Positions 25,188 through 39,433 of a DNA stretch of 64,000 bases are shown here, piece after piece; positions within the stretch are counted from its first letter, which is position 1, and the number at the start of each line of letters is the position of its first letter. Location of the stretch: NCBI RefSeq assembly GCF_009914755.1, contig NC_060948.1; one strand, 5' to 3'. Made by a program: the position numbers and the translations under genes. The notes under the pieces were generated by a model. The model was not told the DNA's origin. It did no database searches and saw only the letters and a list, made by a program, of their open reading frames with translations. The stretch is from the human T2T-CHM13v2.0 reference genome, Homo sapiens.

Positions 25188-28100
25188 ATGGAATCAAATC
25201 AATGGAATATAATCAAATGGAATGGAAAGGAATTGAATGGAGTAGATTGGATTGGATGGGATTGGAATGAAATGTACTGGAAAGGACTCGAATTTCATGA
25301 AACGGAATGGAATGAATTGGAACGGAATGGACTCGAATGGAATGGAATGTCATGGAATGGCATCAAATGGAATGGCATCAAATGGAATAGAATCGAATGC
25401 AATGGAATGCTATGGAATGGAATGGAATGCATTGGAATGGAATGTCCTCTAATGGAATGGATTCGAGTGGAATGGAATCGAATATAATGGAGTCGAATGA
25501 AATGGAATTGAAAGGAATGGGATCGAATACAATGGAATATACTGGAATGTAACGTAATGAACTCGAATGTAATTGACTGGAATGGAATGTACATGAATGG
25601 AATGTAATCGAATGGAAAGTAATCCAATGGAATAGAATCTAATGCAATAAAACCGACTCAGATAGAGTAGAATGTAATGGAATGGAGTGCAGTGCAATGG
25701 AATGGAATGGAATGGAATGCAATTGAATGGAATGGAATGGAATGGAATGGAATGGAATGGGATGGAATGGTATGGAATGGATAGTAATGGACTGGAGTGA
25801 AATGGACTGGAAAGGAATGGACTCAAATTGAAAGGGCTCGAAAGGAATGGAGTCAAATGGAATGGTCTGGAATGGAATGAACACGAATGTAATGCAATCC
25901 AAAAGAATGGAATCGAATGGCATGGAATATAACGAAATGGAATCGGAGAGAATGGAAACAAATGGAATGGAATTGAATGGAATGGAATTGAATGGAATGG
26001 GAACGAATGGAGTGAAATTGTATACAGTAGAAGGGAATAGAATGGAATGCAAGCGAAAGGAAAGGAATGGATTGGAATGGAATGGAATTCATTGGAATGG
26101 AAGGGAATGTAGTGTAATGGACAGGCCTGGAATAAAGTGGAATGCTACGGTCTCGAATGGAATAAAAATGTATGGAATGGAATGCAATGAAATGGAATCG
26201 AATGTCATAGAATGTAATGGAATGCAACAAAATGGAATCCAAAATCATTGACTGGAAAGGCTGGGTGTCGAAAGGAATTGACTCCAATGGAATGGAATCG
26301 AATGGAATGGAAGTGAATAGAATCGAACTAAATCGAATGGAATGGAATTGATAGGAACGGAATGGAAAGGAATGCAATGATTTGGCATGGAATGGAATCG
26401 AATGGCATCGAATGGAATGGAATGGAATGCAATGGAATGGAATGTATTAGAATGTAATGAACTTTAATGGAATGTACTCGAATGGATTCGACTGGAATGG
26501 AATGTTCTGGAAGTGAATGGACTCCAATGGAATGGATTCCAAAGGAATGGAATCGTACGGAATGGAATCTAATGGAATGGAATTAAATGGAAATGAATCA
26601 AATTGAATAGCACGGAATTGAATTGAATGGAATCGAATGCAATGGAATCTAATGAAACGGAAAGGAAAGGAATGGAATGGAATGGAATGGGCTGGAATGG
26701 AAAGGAATCGAAACGAATGGAATGGAATCGAACTGAAGAGACTGGAATGGAATGCACTGGAATGGAAGGGAGTGTAATGGAAGGTTCTCGAAAAAAATGG
26801 AATCGAATGGAATGGAATTGAATGGAACGGAATAGAGTCGAATGGAATTGAATGGAATGGAATGGACTAGAGTGATATGGAATCGAACCACAAGGAATGG
26901 AGAGGAATAGAATGGTCTCGAATTGAATGGAATCGTATGGAGTGGCATCAAACGGAATGGAATGGACAGCCACGGAATGGAATGCACTCGAATGCAATGG
27001 AGTCGAAACTAATGGACTGGAATAGAATGGACTCGACTGGTACGGACTCCAATGGAATGGAATCGAATGGAAGGGAATCGAACGGAATGGACTCGAAGGG
27101 AAAAGACTGCAATGGAAAGGTCTCGAATGGAATGGAAATTAATGGAATGGAATGGAATCGAATGAAATGGAGTCAAAAGGAATGGAATCGAATGGCAACA
27201 AATCGAATGTAATGGAATCGCAAGGAATTGACGTGAAAGGAACGGAATGGAATGGAATCCAAAGGAATGGAATAGAATGGAATGGAATCGAATGGAAAGG
27301 ACTCGAATGGAAATCACTCGAATAGAATGCAATTTAATAAAATAGGATCAAATGTAATGGAATGGAATGGAAAGGAATCGAAACGAAAGGAATGGAGACA
27401 GATGGAATGGAATGGAACAGAGAGCAATGGTGTAGAATGGAATGGAATCATCTGGAATGGAATTGAATGGAATGGAATAATATGAAATGGAATGGAATGG
27501 AATGGAATGGAATGCCCTTGAATTAAATGGACTGGAATGGAATGGACTCGAACAGAGTGGAATGGAAAGTGTTGAGATAGAATGGAATGGACTCCTTTGG
27601 AATGGTGTAGTATGCAATGCAATCGACTGGCAGGGAATCAAAAGGAATGTAATGGAATGGACTGGACTGGAATGCAATGGACTCGAATAGATTGGAAACG
27701 GAATGCAAAGAAATGGAATGGAATAGTATGGAATGGAATGGAAAGGAATGGAGTGGAATAGACTAGAGTGGAATGGAATGGACTGGAAAGCAATGGACTG
27801 GAATGGAACTTTCTTGAATGGACTGGAATCAAACGGAATGGAATGCAATGCAATCAAATGGCATGGAATAAAATAGAATGAAAGAGAATCAAATGGAATT
27901 GAATCGAATGGAATCGAATGGATTGGAAAGGAATAGAATGGAATGGAATGGAATGGACTCAAATGGAATGGACTAGAATGGAATGGATTCGAATGGAAGG
28001 CAAAGGAATGGAATCTATTGGAATGGACTGTAATGGAATGGAATGGAAGGGATTGGAATGGACTCGAATGGAATGGACTGCAATAGAAAGGATTCGAATG

Positions 28101-28746
28101 GAATGAAAAAGAATTGAATGGAATAGAACAGAATGGAATCAAATCGAATGAAATGGAATGGAATAGAAAGGAATGGAATGAAATGGAATGGAAAGGATTC
28201 GAATGGAATGCAATCGAATGGAATGGAATCGAACGGAATGGAATAAAATGGAAGAAAACTGGCAAGAAATGGAATCGAAATGAATGGAGTGTTATGGAAC
28301 GGACTCAAAAGGAATTGAATGTAATAGAATGGAGTGGAGTGGACTCGAATATAATGGACTGGAATGGAATGGAATCACATGGAATGGGAACGAATGGAAT
28401 GGAATGGAAAGGAATGGAATCGAATGGAAAGGAATCGAATGGAAGGGAATGAAATTGAATCAACAGGAATGGAAGGGAATAGAATAGACGGTAATGGAAT
28501 GGACTCGAATAGAATGGACACGAATGCTCAAATTAAATGGACTCGAATGGAATGGAAACGAAAGGAATGTCATCGAATGGAATTGAATCGATTGGAATGA
28601 AATCGCATAGAATGGAGTGGAATCAAATGGAATTGAATCGAAAGGAAAGGAAGCGAATGGACTGAAATGAAATGGAATGGAATTGAATGGAAAGTAATGC
28701 AATGGAATAGAATGGAACGAAATTTCACGGAATGGAATCAAACTGA
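25188..28746 (+). repeat. DYZ1 unit U8 (3559 bp)
   Basis: Anchor spacing 25188->28747. Confidence 0.93.
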
Positions 28747-31700
28747 ATGGAATCAAATCAATGGAATCAAATCAAATGGAATGGAAAGGAATTGAATGGA
28801 GTAGATTGGATTGGATGGGATTGGAATGAAATGTACTGGAAAGGACTCGAATTTCATGAAACGGAATGGAATGAATTGGAACGGAATGGACTCGAATGGA
28901 ATGGAATGTCATGGAATGGCATCAAATGGAATGGCATCAAATGGAATGGAATCGAATGCAATGGAATGCTATGGAATGGAATGGAATGCATTGGAATGGA
29001 ATGTCCTCTAATGGAATGGATTCGAGTGGAATGGAATCGAATATAATGGAGTCGAATGAAATGGAATTGAAAGGAATGGGATCGAATAGAATGGAATATA
29101 CTGGAATGTAATGTAATGAACTCGAATGTAATTGACTGGAATGGAATGTACATGAATGGAATGTAATCGAATGGAAAGTAATCCAATGGAATAGAATCTA
29201 ATGCAATAAAACCGACTCAGATAGAGTAGAATGTAATGGAATGGAGTGCAGTGCAATGGAAGGGAATGGAATTGAATGCAATGGAATGGAATGGAATGGA
29301 ATGGAATGGAATGGAATGGAATGGGATGGAATGGTATGGAATGGATAGTAATGGACTGGAGTGAAATGGACTGGAAAGGAATGGACTCAAATTGAAAGGG
29401 CTCGAAAGGAATGGAGTCAAATGGAATGGTCTGGAATGGAATGAACACGAATGTAATGCAATCCAATAGAATGGAATCGAATGGCATGGAATATAAAGAA
29501 ATGGAATCGAAGAGAATGGAAACAAATGGAATGGAATTGAATGGAATGGAATTGAATGGAATGGGAACGAATGGAGTGAAATTGTATGCAGTAGAAGGGA
29601 ATAGAATGGAATGCAAGCGAAAGGAAAGGAATGGATTGGAATGGAATGGAATTCATTGGAATGGAAGGGAATGTAGTGTAATGGACAGGCCTGGAATAAA
29701 GTGGAATGCTACGGTCTCGAATGGAATAAAAATGTATGGAATGGAATGCAATGAAACGGAATCGAATGTCATAGAATGTAATGGAATGCAAAAAAATGGA
29801 ATCCAAAATCATTGACTGGAAAGGCTGGGTGTCGAAAGGAATTGACTCCAATGGAATGGAATCGAATGGAATGGAAGTGAATAGAATCGAACTAAATCGA
29901 ATGGAATGGAATTGATAGGAACGGAATGGAAAGGAATGCAATGATTTGGCATGGAATGGAATCGAATGGCATCGAATGGATTGGAATGGAATGCAATGGA
30001 ATGGAATGTATTAGAATGTAATGAACTTTAATGGAATGTACTCGAATGGATTCGACTGGAATGGAATGTTCTGGAAGTGAATGGACTCCAATGGAATGGA
30101 TTCAAAAGGAATGGAATCGTACGGAATGGAATCTAATGGAATGGAATTAAATGGAAATGAATCAAATTGAATAGCACGGAATTGAATTGAATGGAATGGA
30201 ATGCAATGGAATCTAATGAAACGGAAAGGAAAGGAATGGAATGGAATGGAATGGACTGGAATGGAAAGGAATCGAAACGAATGGAATGGAATCGAACTGA
30301 AGAGACTGGAATGGAATGCACTGGAATGGAAGGGAGTGTAATGGAAGGTTCTCGAAAAAAATGGAATCGAATGGAATGGAATTGAATGGAACGGAATAGA
30401 GTCGAATGGAATTGAATGGAATGGAATGGACTAGAGTGAAATGGAATCGAACCACAAGGAATGGACATGAATAGAATGGTCTCGAATTGAATGGAATCGT
30501 ATGGAATGGCATCAGACGGAATGGAATGGACAGCCACGGAATGGAATGCACTCGAATGCAATGGAGTCGAAACTAATGGACTGGAATAGAATGGACTCGA
30601 CTGGTACGGACTCCAATGGAATGGAATCGAATGGAAGGGAATCGAACGGAATGGACTCGAAGGGAAAAGACTGCAATGGAAAGGTCTCGAATGGAATGGA
30701 AATTAATGGAATGGAATGGAATCGAATGAAATGTAGTCAAAAGGAATGGAATCGTATAGCAAGAAATCGAATGTAATGGAATCACAAGGAATTGATGTGA
30801 ACGGAACGGAATGGAATGGAATCCAAAGGAATGGAATAGAATGGAATGGAATCGAATGGAAAGGACTCGAATGGAAATCACTCGAATAGAATGCAATTTA
30901 ATAAAATAGGATCAAATGTAATGGAATGGAATGGAAAGGAATCGAAACGAAAGGAATGGAGACAGATGGAATGGAATAGAACAGAGAGCAATGGTATGGA
31001 ATGGAATGGAATCATCTGGAATGGAATTGAATGGAATGGAATAATATGAAATGGAATGGAATGGAATGGAATGGAATGCCCTTGAATTAAATGGACTGGA
31101 ATGGAATGGACTCGAACAGAGTGGAATGGAAAGTGTTGAGATAGAATGGAATGGACTCCTTTGGAATGGTGTAGTATGCAATGCAATCGACTGGCAGGGA
31201 ATCAAAAGGAATGTAATGGAATGGACTGGACTGGAATGCAATGGACTCGAATAGATTGGAAACGGAATGCAAAGAAATGGAATGGAATAGTATGGAATGG
31301 AATGGAAAGGAATGGAGTGGAATAGACTAGAGTGGAATGGAATGGACTGGAAAGCAATGGACTGGAATGGAACTTTCTTGAATGGACTGGAATCAAACGG
31401 AATGGAATGCAATGCAATCAAATGGCATGGAATAAAATAGAATGAAAGAGAATCAAATGGAATTGAATCGAATGGAATCGAATGGATTGGAAAGGAATAG
31501 AATGGAATGGAATGGAATGGACTCAAATGGAATGGACTAGAATGGAATGGATTCGAATGGAAGGCAAAGGAATGGAATCTATTGGAATGGACTGTAATGG
31601 AATGGAATGGAAGGGATTGGAATGGACTCGAATGGAATGGACTGCAATAGAAAGGATTCGAATGGAATGAAAAAGAATTGAATGGAATAGAACAGAATGG

Positions 31701-32310
31701 AATCAAATCGAATGAAATGGAATGGAATAGAAAGGAATGGAATGAAATGGAATGGAAAGGATTCGAATGGAATGCAATCGAATGGAATGGAATCGAACGG
31801 AATGGAATAAAATGGAAGAAAACTGGCAAGAAATGGAATCGAAATGAATGGAGTGTTATGGAACGGACTCAAAAGGAATTGAATGTAATAGAATGGAGTG
31901 GAGTGGACTCGAATATAATGGACTGGAATGGAATGAAATCACATGGAATGGGAACGAATGGAATGGAATGGAAAGGAATGGAATCGAATGGAAAGGAATC
32001 GAATGGAAGGGAATGAAATTGAATCAACAGGAATGGAAGGGAATAGAATAGACGGTAATGGAATGGACTCGAATAGAATGGACACGAATGCTCAAATTGA
32101 ATGGACTCGAATGGAATGGAAACGAAAGGAATGTCATCGAATGGAATTGAATCGATTGGAATGAAATCGCATAGAATGGAGTGGAATCAAATGGAATTGA
32201 ATCGAAAGGAAAGGAAGCGAATGGACTGAAATGAAATGGAATGGAATTGAATGGAAAGTAATGCAATGGAATAGAATGGAACTAAATTTCACGGAATGGA
32301 ATCAAACTGA
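28747..32310 (+). repeat. DYZ1 unit U9 (3564 bp)
   Basis: Anchor spacing 28747->32311; canonical length. Confidence 0.93.
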
Positions 32311-35300
32311 ATGGAATCAAATCAATGGAATCAAATCAAATGGAATGGAAAGGAATTGAATGGAGTAGATTGGACTGGATGGGATTGGAATGAAATGTAC
32401 TGGAAAGGACTCGAATTTCATGAAACGGAATGGAATGAATTGGAACGGAATGGACTCGAATGGAATGGAATGTCATGGAATGGCATCAAATGGAATGGCA
32501 TCAAATGGAATAGAATCGAATGCAATGGAATGCTATGGAATGGAATGGAATGCATTGGAATGGAATGTCCTCTAATGGAATGGATTCGAGTGGAATGGAA
32601 TCGAATATAATGGAGTCGAATGAAATGGAATTGAAAGGAATGGGATCGAATACAATGGAATATACTGGAATGTAACGTAATGAACTCGAATGTAATTGAC
32701 TGGAATGGAATGTACATGAATGGAATGTAATCGAATGGAAAGTAATCCAATGGAATAGAATCTAATGCAATAAAATCGACTCAGATAGAGTAGAATGTAA
32801 TGGAATGGAGTGCAGTGCAATGGAATGGAATGGAATGGAATGCAATTGAATGGAATGGAATGGAATGGAATGGAATGGAATGGAATGGGATGGAATGGTA
32901 TGGAATGGATAGTAATGGACTGGAGTGAAATGGACTGGAAAGGAATGGACTCAAATTGAAAGGGCTCGAAAGGAATGGAGTCAAATGGAATGGTCTGGAA
33001 TGGAATGAACACGAATGTAATGCAATCCAAAAGAATGGAATCGAATGGCATGGAATATAAAGAAATGGAACCGGAGAGAATGGAAACAAATGGAATGGAA
33101 TTGAATGGAATGGAATTGAATGGAATGGGAACGAATGGAGTGAAATTGTATGCAGTAGAAGGGAATAGAATGGAATGCAAGCGAAAGGAAAGGAATGGAT
33201 TGGAATGGAATGGAATTCATTGGAATGGAAGGGAATGTAGTGTAATGGACAGGCCTGGAATAAAGTGGAATGCTACGGTCTCGAATGGAATAAATATGTA
33301 TGGAATGGAATGCAATGAAATGGAATCGAATGTCATAGAATGTAATGGAATGCAACAAAATGGAATCCAAAATCATTGACTGGAAAGGCTGGGTGTCGAA
33401 AGGAATTGACTCCAATGGAATGGAATCGAATGGAATGGAAGTGAATAGAATCGAACTAAATCGAATGGAATGGAATTGATAGGAACGGAATGGAAAGGAA
33501 TGCAATGATTTGGCATGGAATGGAATCGAATGGCATCGAATGGAATGGAATGGAATGCAATGGAATGGAATGTATTAGAATGTAATGAACTTTAATGGAA
33601 TGTACTCGAATGGATTCGACTGGAATGGAATGTTCTGGAAGTGAATGGACTCCAATGGAATAGATTCCAAAGGAATGGAATCGTACGGAATGGAATCTAA
33701 TGGAATGGAATTAAATGGAAATGAATCAAATTGAATAGCACGGAATTGAATTGAATGGAATGGAATGCAATGGAATCTAATGAAACGGAAAGGAAAGGAA
33801 TGGAATGGAATGGAATGGGCTGGAATGGAAAGGAATCGAAACGAATGGAATGGAATCGAACTGAAGAGACTGGAATGGAATGCACTGGAATGGAAGGGAG
33901 TGTAATGGAAGGTTCTCGAAAAAAATGGAATCGAATGGAATGGAATTGAATGGAACGGAATAGAGTCGAATGGAATTGAATGGAATGGAATGGACTAGAG
34001 TGATATGGAATCGAACCACAAGGAATGGAGAGGAATAGAATGGTCTCGAATTGAATGGAATCGTATGGAGTGGCATCAAACGGAATGGAATGGACAGCCA
34101 CGGAATAGAATGCACTCGAATGCAATGGAGTCGAAACTAATGGACTGGAATAGAATGGACTCGACTGGTACGGACTCCAATGGAATGGAATCGAATGGAA
34201 GGGAATCGAACGGAATGGACTCGAAGGGAAAAGACTGCAATGGAAAGGTCTCGAATGGAATGGAAATTAATGGAATGGAATGGAATCGAATGAAATGGAG
34301 TCAAAAGGAATGGAATCGAATGGCAACAAATCGAATGTAATGGAATCGCAAGGAATTGACGTGAAAGGAACGGAATGGAATGGAATCCAAAGGAATGGAA
34401 TAGAATGGAATGGAATCGAATGGAAAGGACTCGAATGGAAATCACTCGAATAGAATGCAATTTAATAAAATAGGATCAAATGTAATGGAATGGAATGGAA
34501 AGGAATCGAAACGAAAGGAATGGAGACAGATGGAATGGAATGGAACAGAGAGCAATGGTGTAGAATGGAATGGAATCATCTGGAATGGAATTGAATGGAA
34601 TGGAATAATATGAAATGGAATGGAATGGAATGGAATGGAATGCCCTTGAATTAAATGGACTGGAATGGAATGGACTCGAACAGAGTGGAATGGAAAGTGT
34701 TGAGATAGAATGGAATGGACTCCTTTGGAATGGTGTAGTATGCAATGCAATCGACTGGCAGGGAATCAAAAGGAATGTAATGGAATGGACTGGACTGGAA
34801 TGCAATGGACTCGAATAGATTGGAAACGGAATGCAAAGAAATGGAATGGAATAGTATGGAATGGAATGGAAAGGAATGGAGTGGAATAGACTAGAGTGGA
34901 ATGGAATGGACTGGAAAGCAATGGACTGGAATGGAACTTTCTTGAATGGACTGGAATCAAACGGAATGGAATGCAATGCAATCAAATGGCATGGAATAAA
35001 ATAGAATGAAAGAGAATCAAATGGAATTGAATCGAATGGAATCGAATGGATTGGAAAGGAATAGAATGGAATGGAATGGAATGGACTCAAATGGAATGGA
35101 CTAGAATGGAATGGATTCGAATGGAAGGCAAAGGAATGGAATCTATTGGAATGGACTGTAATGGAATGGAATGGAAGGGATTGGAATGGACTCGAATGGA
35201 ATGGACTGCAATAGAAAGGATTCGAATGGAATGAAAAAGAATTGAATGGAATAGAACAGAATGGAATCAAATCGAATGAAATGGAATGGAATAGAAAGGA

Positions 35301-35874
35301 ATGGAATGAAATGGAATGGAAAGGATTCGAATGGAATGCAATCGAATGGAATGGAATCGAACGGAATGGAATAAAATGGAAGAAAACTGGCAAGAAATGG
35401 AATCGAAATGAATGGAGTGTTATGGAACGGACTCAAAAGGAATTGAATGTAACAGAATGGAGTGGAGTGGACTCGAATATAATGGACTGGAATGGAATGA
35501 AATCACATGGAATGGGAACGAATGGAATGGAATGGAAAGGAATGGAATCGAATGGAAAGGAATCGAATGGAAGGGAATGAAATTGAATCAACAGGAATGG
35601 AAGGGAATAGAATAGACGGTAATAGAATGGACTCGAATAGAATGGACAGGAATGCTCAAATTGAATGGACTCGAATGGAATGGAAACGAAAGGAATGTCA
35701 TCGAATGGAATTGAATCGATTGGAATGAAATCGCATAGAATGGAGTGGAATCAAATGGAATTGAATCGAAAGGAAAGGAAGCGAATGGACTGAAATGAAA
35801 TGGAATGGAATTGAATGGAAAGTAATGCAATGGAATAGAATGGAACGAAATTTCACGGAATGGAATCAAACTGA
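32311..35874 (+). repeat. DYZ1 unit U10 (3564 bp)
   Basis: Anchor spacing 32311->35875. Shares private variants with U8. Confidence 0.93.
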
Positions 35875-38800
35875 ATGGAATCAAATCAATGGAATCAAAT
35901 CAAATGGAATGGAAAGGAATTGAATGGAGTAGATTGGATTGGATGGGATTGGAATGAAATGTACTGGAAAGGACTCGAATTTCATGAAACGGAATGGAAT
36001 GAATTGGAACGGAATGGACTCGAATGGAATGGAATGTCATGGAATGGCATCAAATGGAATGGCATCAAATGGAATGGAATCGAATGCAATGGAATGCTAT
36101 GGAATGGAATGGAATGCATTGGAATGGAATGTCCTCTAATGGAATGGATTCGAGTGGAATGGAATCGAATATAATGGAGTTGAATGAAATGGAATTGAAA
36201 GGAATGGGATCGAATAGAATGGAATATACTGGAATGTAATGTAATGAACTCGAATGTAATTGACTGGAATGGAATGTACATGAATGGAATGTAATCGAAT
36301 GGAAAGTAATCCAATGGAATAGAATCTAATGCAATAAAATCGACTCAGATAGAGTAGAATGTAATGGAATGGAGTGCAGTGCAATGGAATGGAATGGAAT
36401 GGAATGCAATTGAATGGAATGGAATGGAATGGAATGCAATGGAATGGGATGGAATGGTATGGAATGGATAGTAATGGACTGGAGTGAAATGGACTGGAAA
36501 GGAATGGACTCAAATTGAAAGGGCTCGAAAGGAATGGAGTCAAATGGAATGGTCTGGAATGGAATGAACACGAATGTAATGCAATCCAATAGAATGGAAT
36601 CGAATGGCATGGAATATAAAGAAATGGAATCGAAGAGAATGGAAACAAATGGAATGGAATTGAATGGAATGGAATTGAATGGAATGGGAACGAATGGAGT
36701 GAAATTGTATGCAGTAGAAGGGAATAGAATGGAATGCAAGCGAAAGGAAAGTAATGGATTGGAATGGAATGGAATTCATTGGAATGGAAGGGAATGTAGT
36801 GTAATGGACAGGCCTGGAATAAAGTGGAATGCTACGGTCTCGAATGGAATAAAAATGTATGGAATGGAATGCAATGAAACGGAATCGAATGTCATAGAAT
36901 GTAATGGAATGCAAAAAAATGGAATCCAAAATCATTGACTGGAAAGGCTGGGTGTCGAAAGGAATTGACTCCAATGGAATGGAATCGAATGGAATGGAAG
37001 TGAATAGAATCGAACTAAATCGAATGGAATGGAATTGATAGGAACGGAATGGAAAGGAATGCAATGATTTGGCATGGAATGGAATCGAATGGCATCGAAT
37101 GGAATGGAATGGAATGCAATGGAATGGAATGTATTAGAATGTAATGAACTTTAATGGAATGTACTCGAATGGATTCGACTGGAATGGAATGTTCTGGAAG
37201 TGAATGGACTCCAATGGAATGGATTCAAAAGGAATGGAATCGTACGGAATGGAATCTAATGGAATGGAATTAAATGGAAATGAATCAAATTGAATAGCAC
37301 GGAATTGAATTGAATGGAATGGAATGCAATGGAATCTAATGAAACGGAAAGGAAAGGAATGGAATGGAATGGAATGGACTGGAATGGAAAGGAATCGAAA
37401 CGAATGGAATGGAATCGAACTGAAGAGACTGGAATGGAATGCACTGGAATGGAAGGGAGTGTAATGGAAGGTTCTCGAAAAAAATGGAATCGAATGGAAT
37501 GGAATTGAATGGAACGGAATAGAGTCGAATGGAATTGAATGGAATGGAATGGACTAGAGTGAAATGGAATCGAACCACAAGGAATGGACATGAATAGAAT
37601 GGTCTCGAATTCAATGGAATCGTATGGAATGGCATCAAACGGAATGGAATGGACAGCCACGGAATGGAATGCACTCGAATGCAATGGAGTCGAAACTAAT
37701 GGACTGGAATAGAATGGACTCGACTGGTACGGACTCCAATGGAATGGAATCGAATGGAAGGGAATCGAACGGAATGGACTCGAAGGGAAAAGACTGCAAT
37801 GGAAAGGTCTCGAATGGAATGGAAATTAATGGAATGGAATGGAATCGAATGAAATGTAGTCAAAAGGAATGGAATCGTATGGCAAGAAATCGAATGTAAT
37901 GGAATCACAAGGAATTGATGTGAACGGAACGGAATGGAATGGAATCCAAAGGAATGGAATAGAATGGAATGGAATCGAATGGAAAGGACTCGAATGGAAA
38001 TCACTCGAATAGAATGCAATTTAATAAAATAGGATCAAATGTAATGGAATGGAATGAAAAGGAATCGAAACGAAAGGAATGGAGACAGATGGAATGGAAT
38101 GGAACAGAGAGCAATGGTATGGAATGGAATGGAATCATCTGGAATGGAATTGAATGGAATGGAATAATATGAAATGGAATGGAATGGAATGGAATGGAAT
38201 GCCCTTGAATTAAATGGACTGGAATGGAATGGACTCGAACAGAGTGGAATGGAAAGTGTTGAGATAGAATGGAATGGACTCCTTTGGAATGGTGTAGTAT
38301 GCAATGCAATCGACTGGCAGGGAATCAAAAGGAATGTAATCGAATGGATTGGACTGGAATGCAATGGACTCGAATAGATTGGAAACGGAATGCAAAGGAA
38401 TGGAATGGAATAGTATGGAATGGAATGGAAAGGAATGGAGTGGAATAGACTAGAGTGGAATGGAATGGACTGGAAAGCAATGGACTGGAATGGAACTTTC
38501 TTGAATGGACTGGAATCAAACGGAATGGAATGCAATGCAATCAAATGGCATGGAATAAAATAGAATGAAAGAGAATCAAATGGAATTGAATCGAATGGAA
38601 TCGAATGGATTGGAAAGGAATAGAATGGAATGGAATGGAATTGACTCAAATGGAATGGACTAGAATGGAATGGATTCGAATGGAAGGCAAAGGAATGGAA
38701 TCTATTGGAATGGACTGTAATGGAATGGAATGGAAGGGATTGGAATGGGCTCGAATGGAATGGACTGCAATAGAAAGGATTCGAATGGAATGAAAAAGAA

Positions 38801-39433
38801 TTGAATGGAATAGAACAGAATGGAATCAAATCGAATGAAATGGAATGGAATAGAAAGGAATGGAATGAAATGGAATGGAAAGGATTCGAATGGAATGCAA
38901 TCGAATGGAATGGAATCGAACGGAATGGAATAAAATGGAAGAAAACTGGCAAGAAATGGAATCGAAATGAATGGAGTGTTATGGAAGGGAGTCAAAAGGA
39001 ATTGAATGTAATAGAATGGAGTGGAGTGGACTCGAATATAATGGACTGGAATGGAATGAAATCACATGGAATGGGAACGAATGGAATGGAATGGAAAGGA
39101 ATGGAATCGAATGGAAAGGAATCGAATGGAAGGGAATGAAATTGAATCAACAGGAATGGAAGGGAATAGAATAGACGGTAATGGAATGGACTCGAATAGA
39201 ATGGACAGGAATGCTCAAATTGAATGGACTCGAATGGAATGGAAACGAAATGAATGTCATCGAATGGAATTGAATCGATTGGAATGAAATCATATAGAAT
39301 GGAGTGGAATCAAATGGAATTGAATCGAAAGGAAAGGAAACAAATGGACTGAAATGAAATGGAATGGAATTGAATGGAAAGTTATGTAATGGAATAGAAT
39401 GGAACGAAATTTCACGGAATGGAATCAAACTGA
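35875..39433 (+). repeat. DYZ1 unit U11 (3559 bp)
   Basis: Anchor spacing 35875->39434. Shares variants with U9. Extra EcoRI site at 37607-37612. Confidence 0.93.

Larger units (their letters stand above)
5850..27300 (+). repeat. Recent tandem duplication of three units (2 x 10,722 bp)
   Basis: Constant 10722 offset (5838/16560, 7303/18025, 10882/21604, 14466/25188) with shared private variants and indels. Boundaries approximate (about +/-60 bp). Confidence 0.88.
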
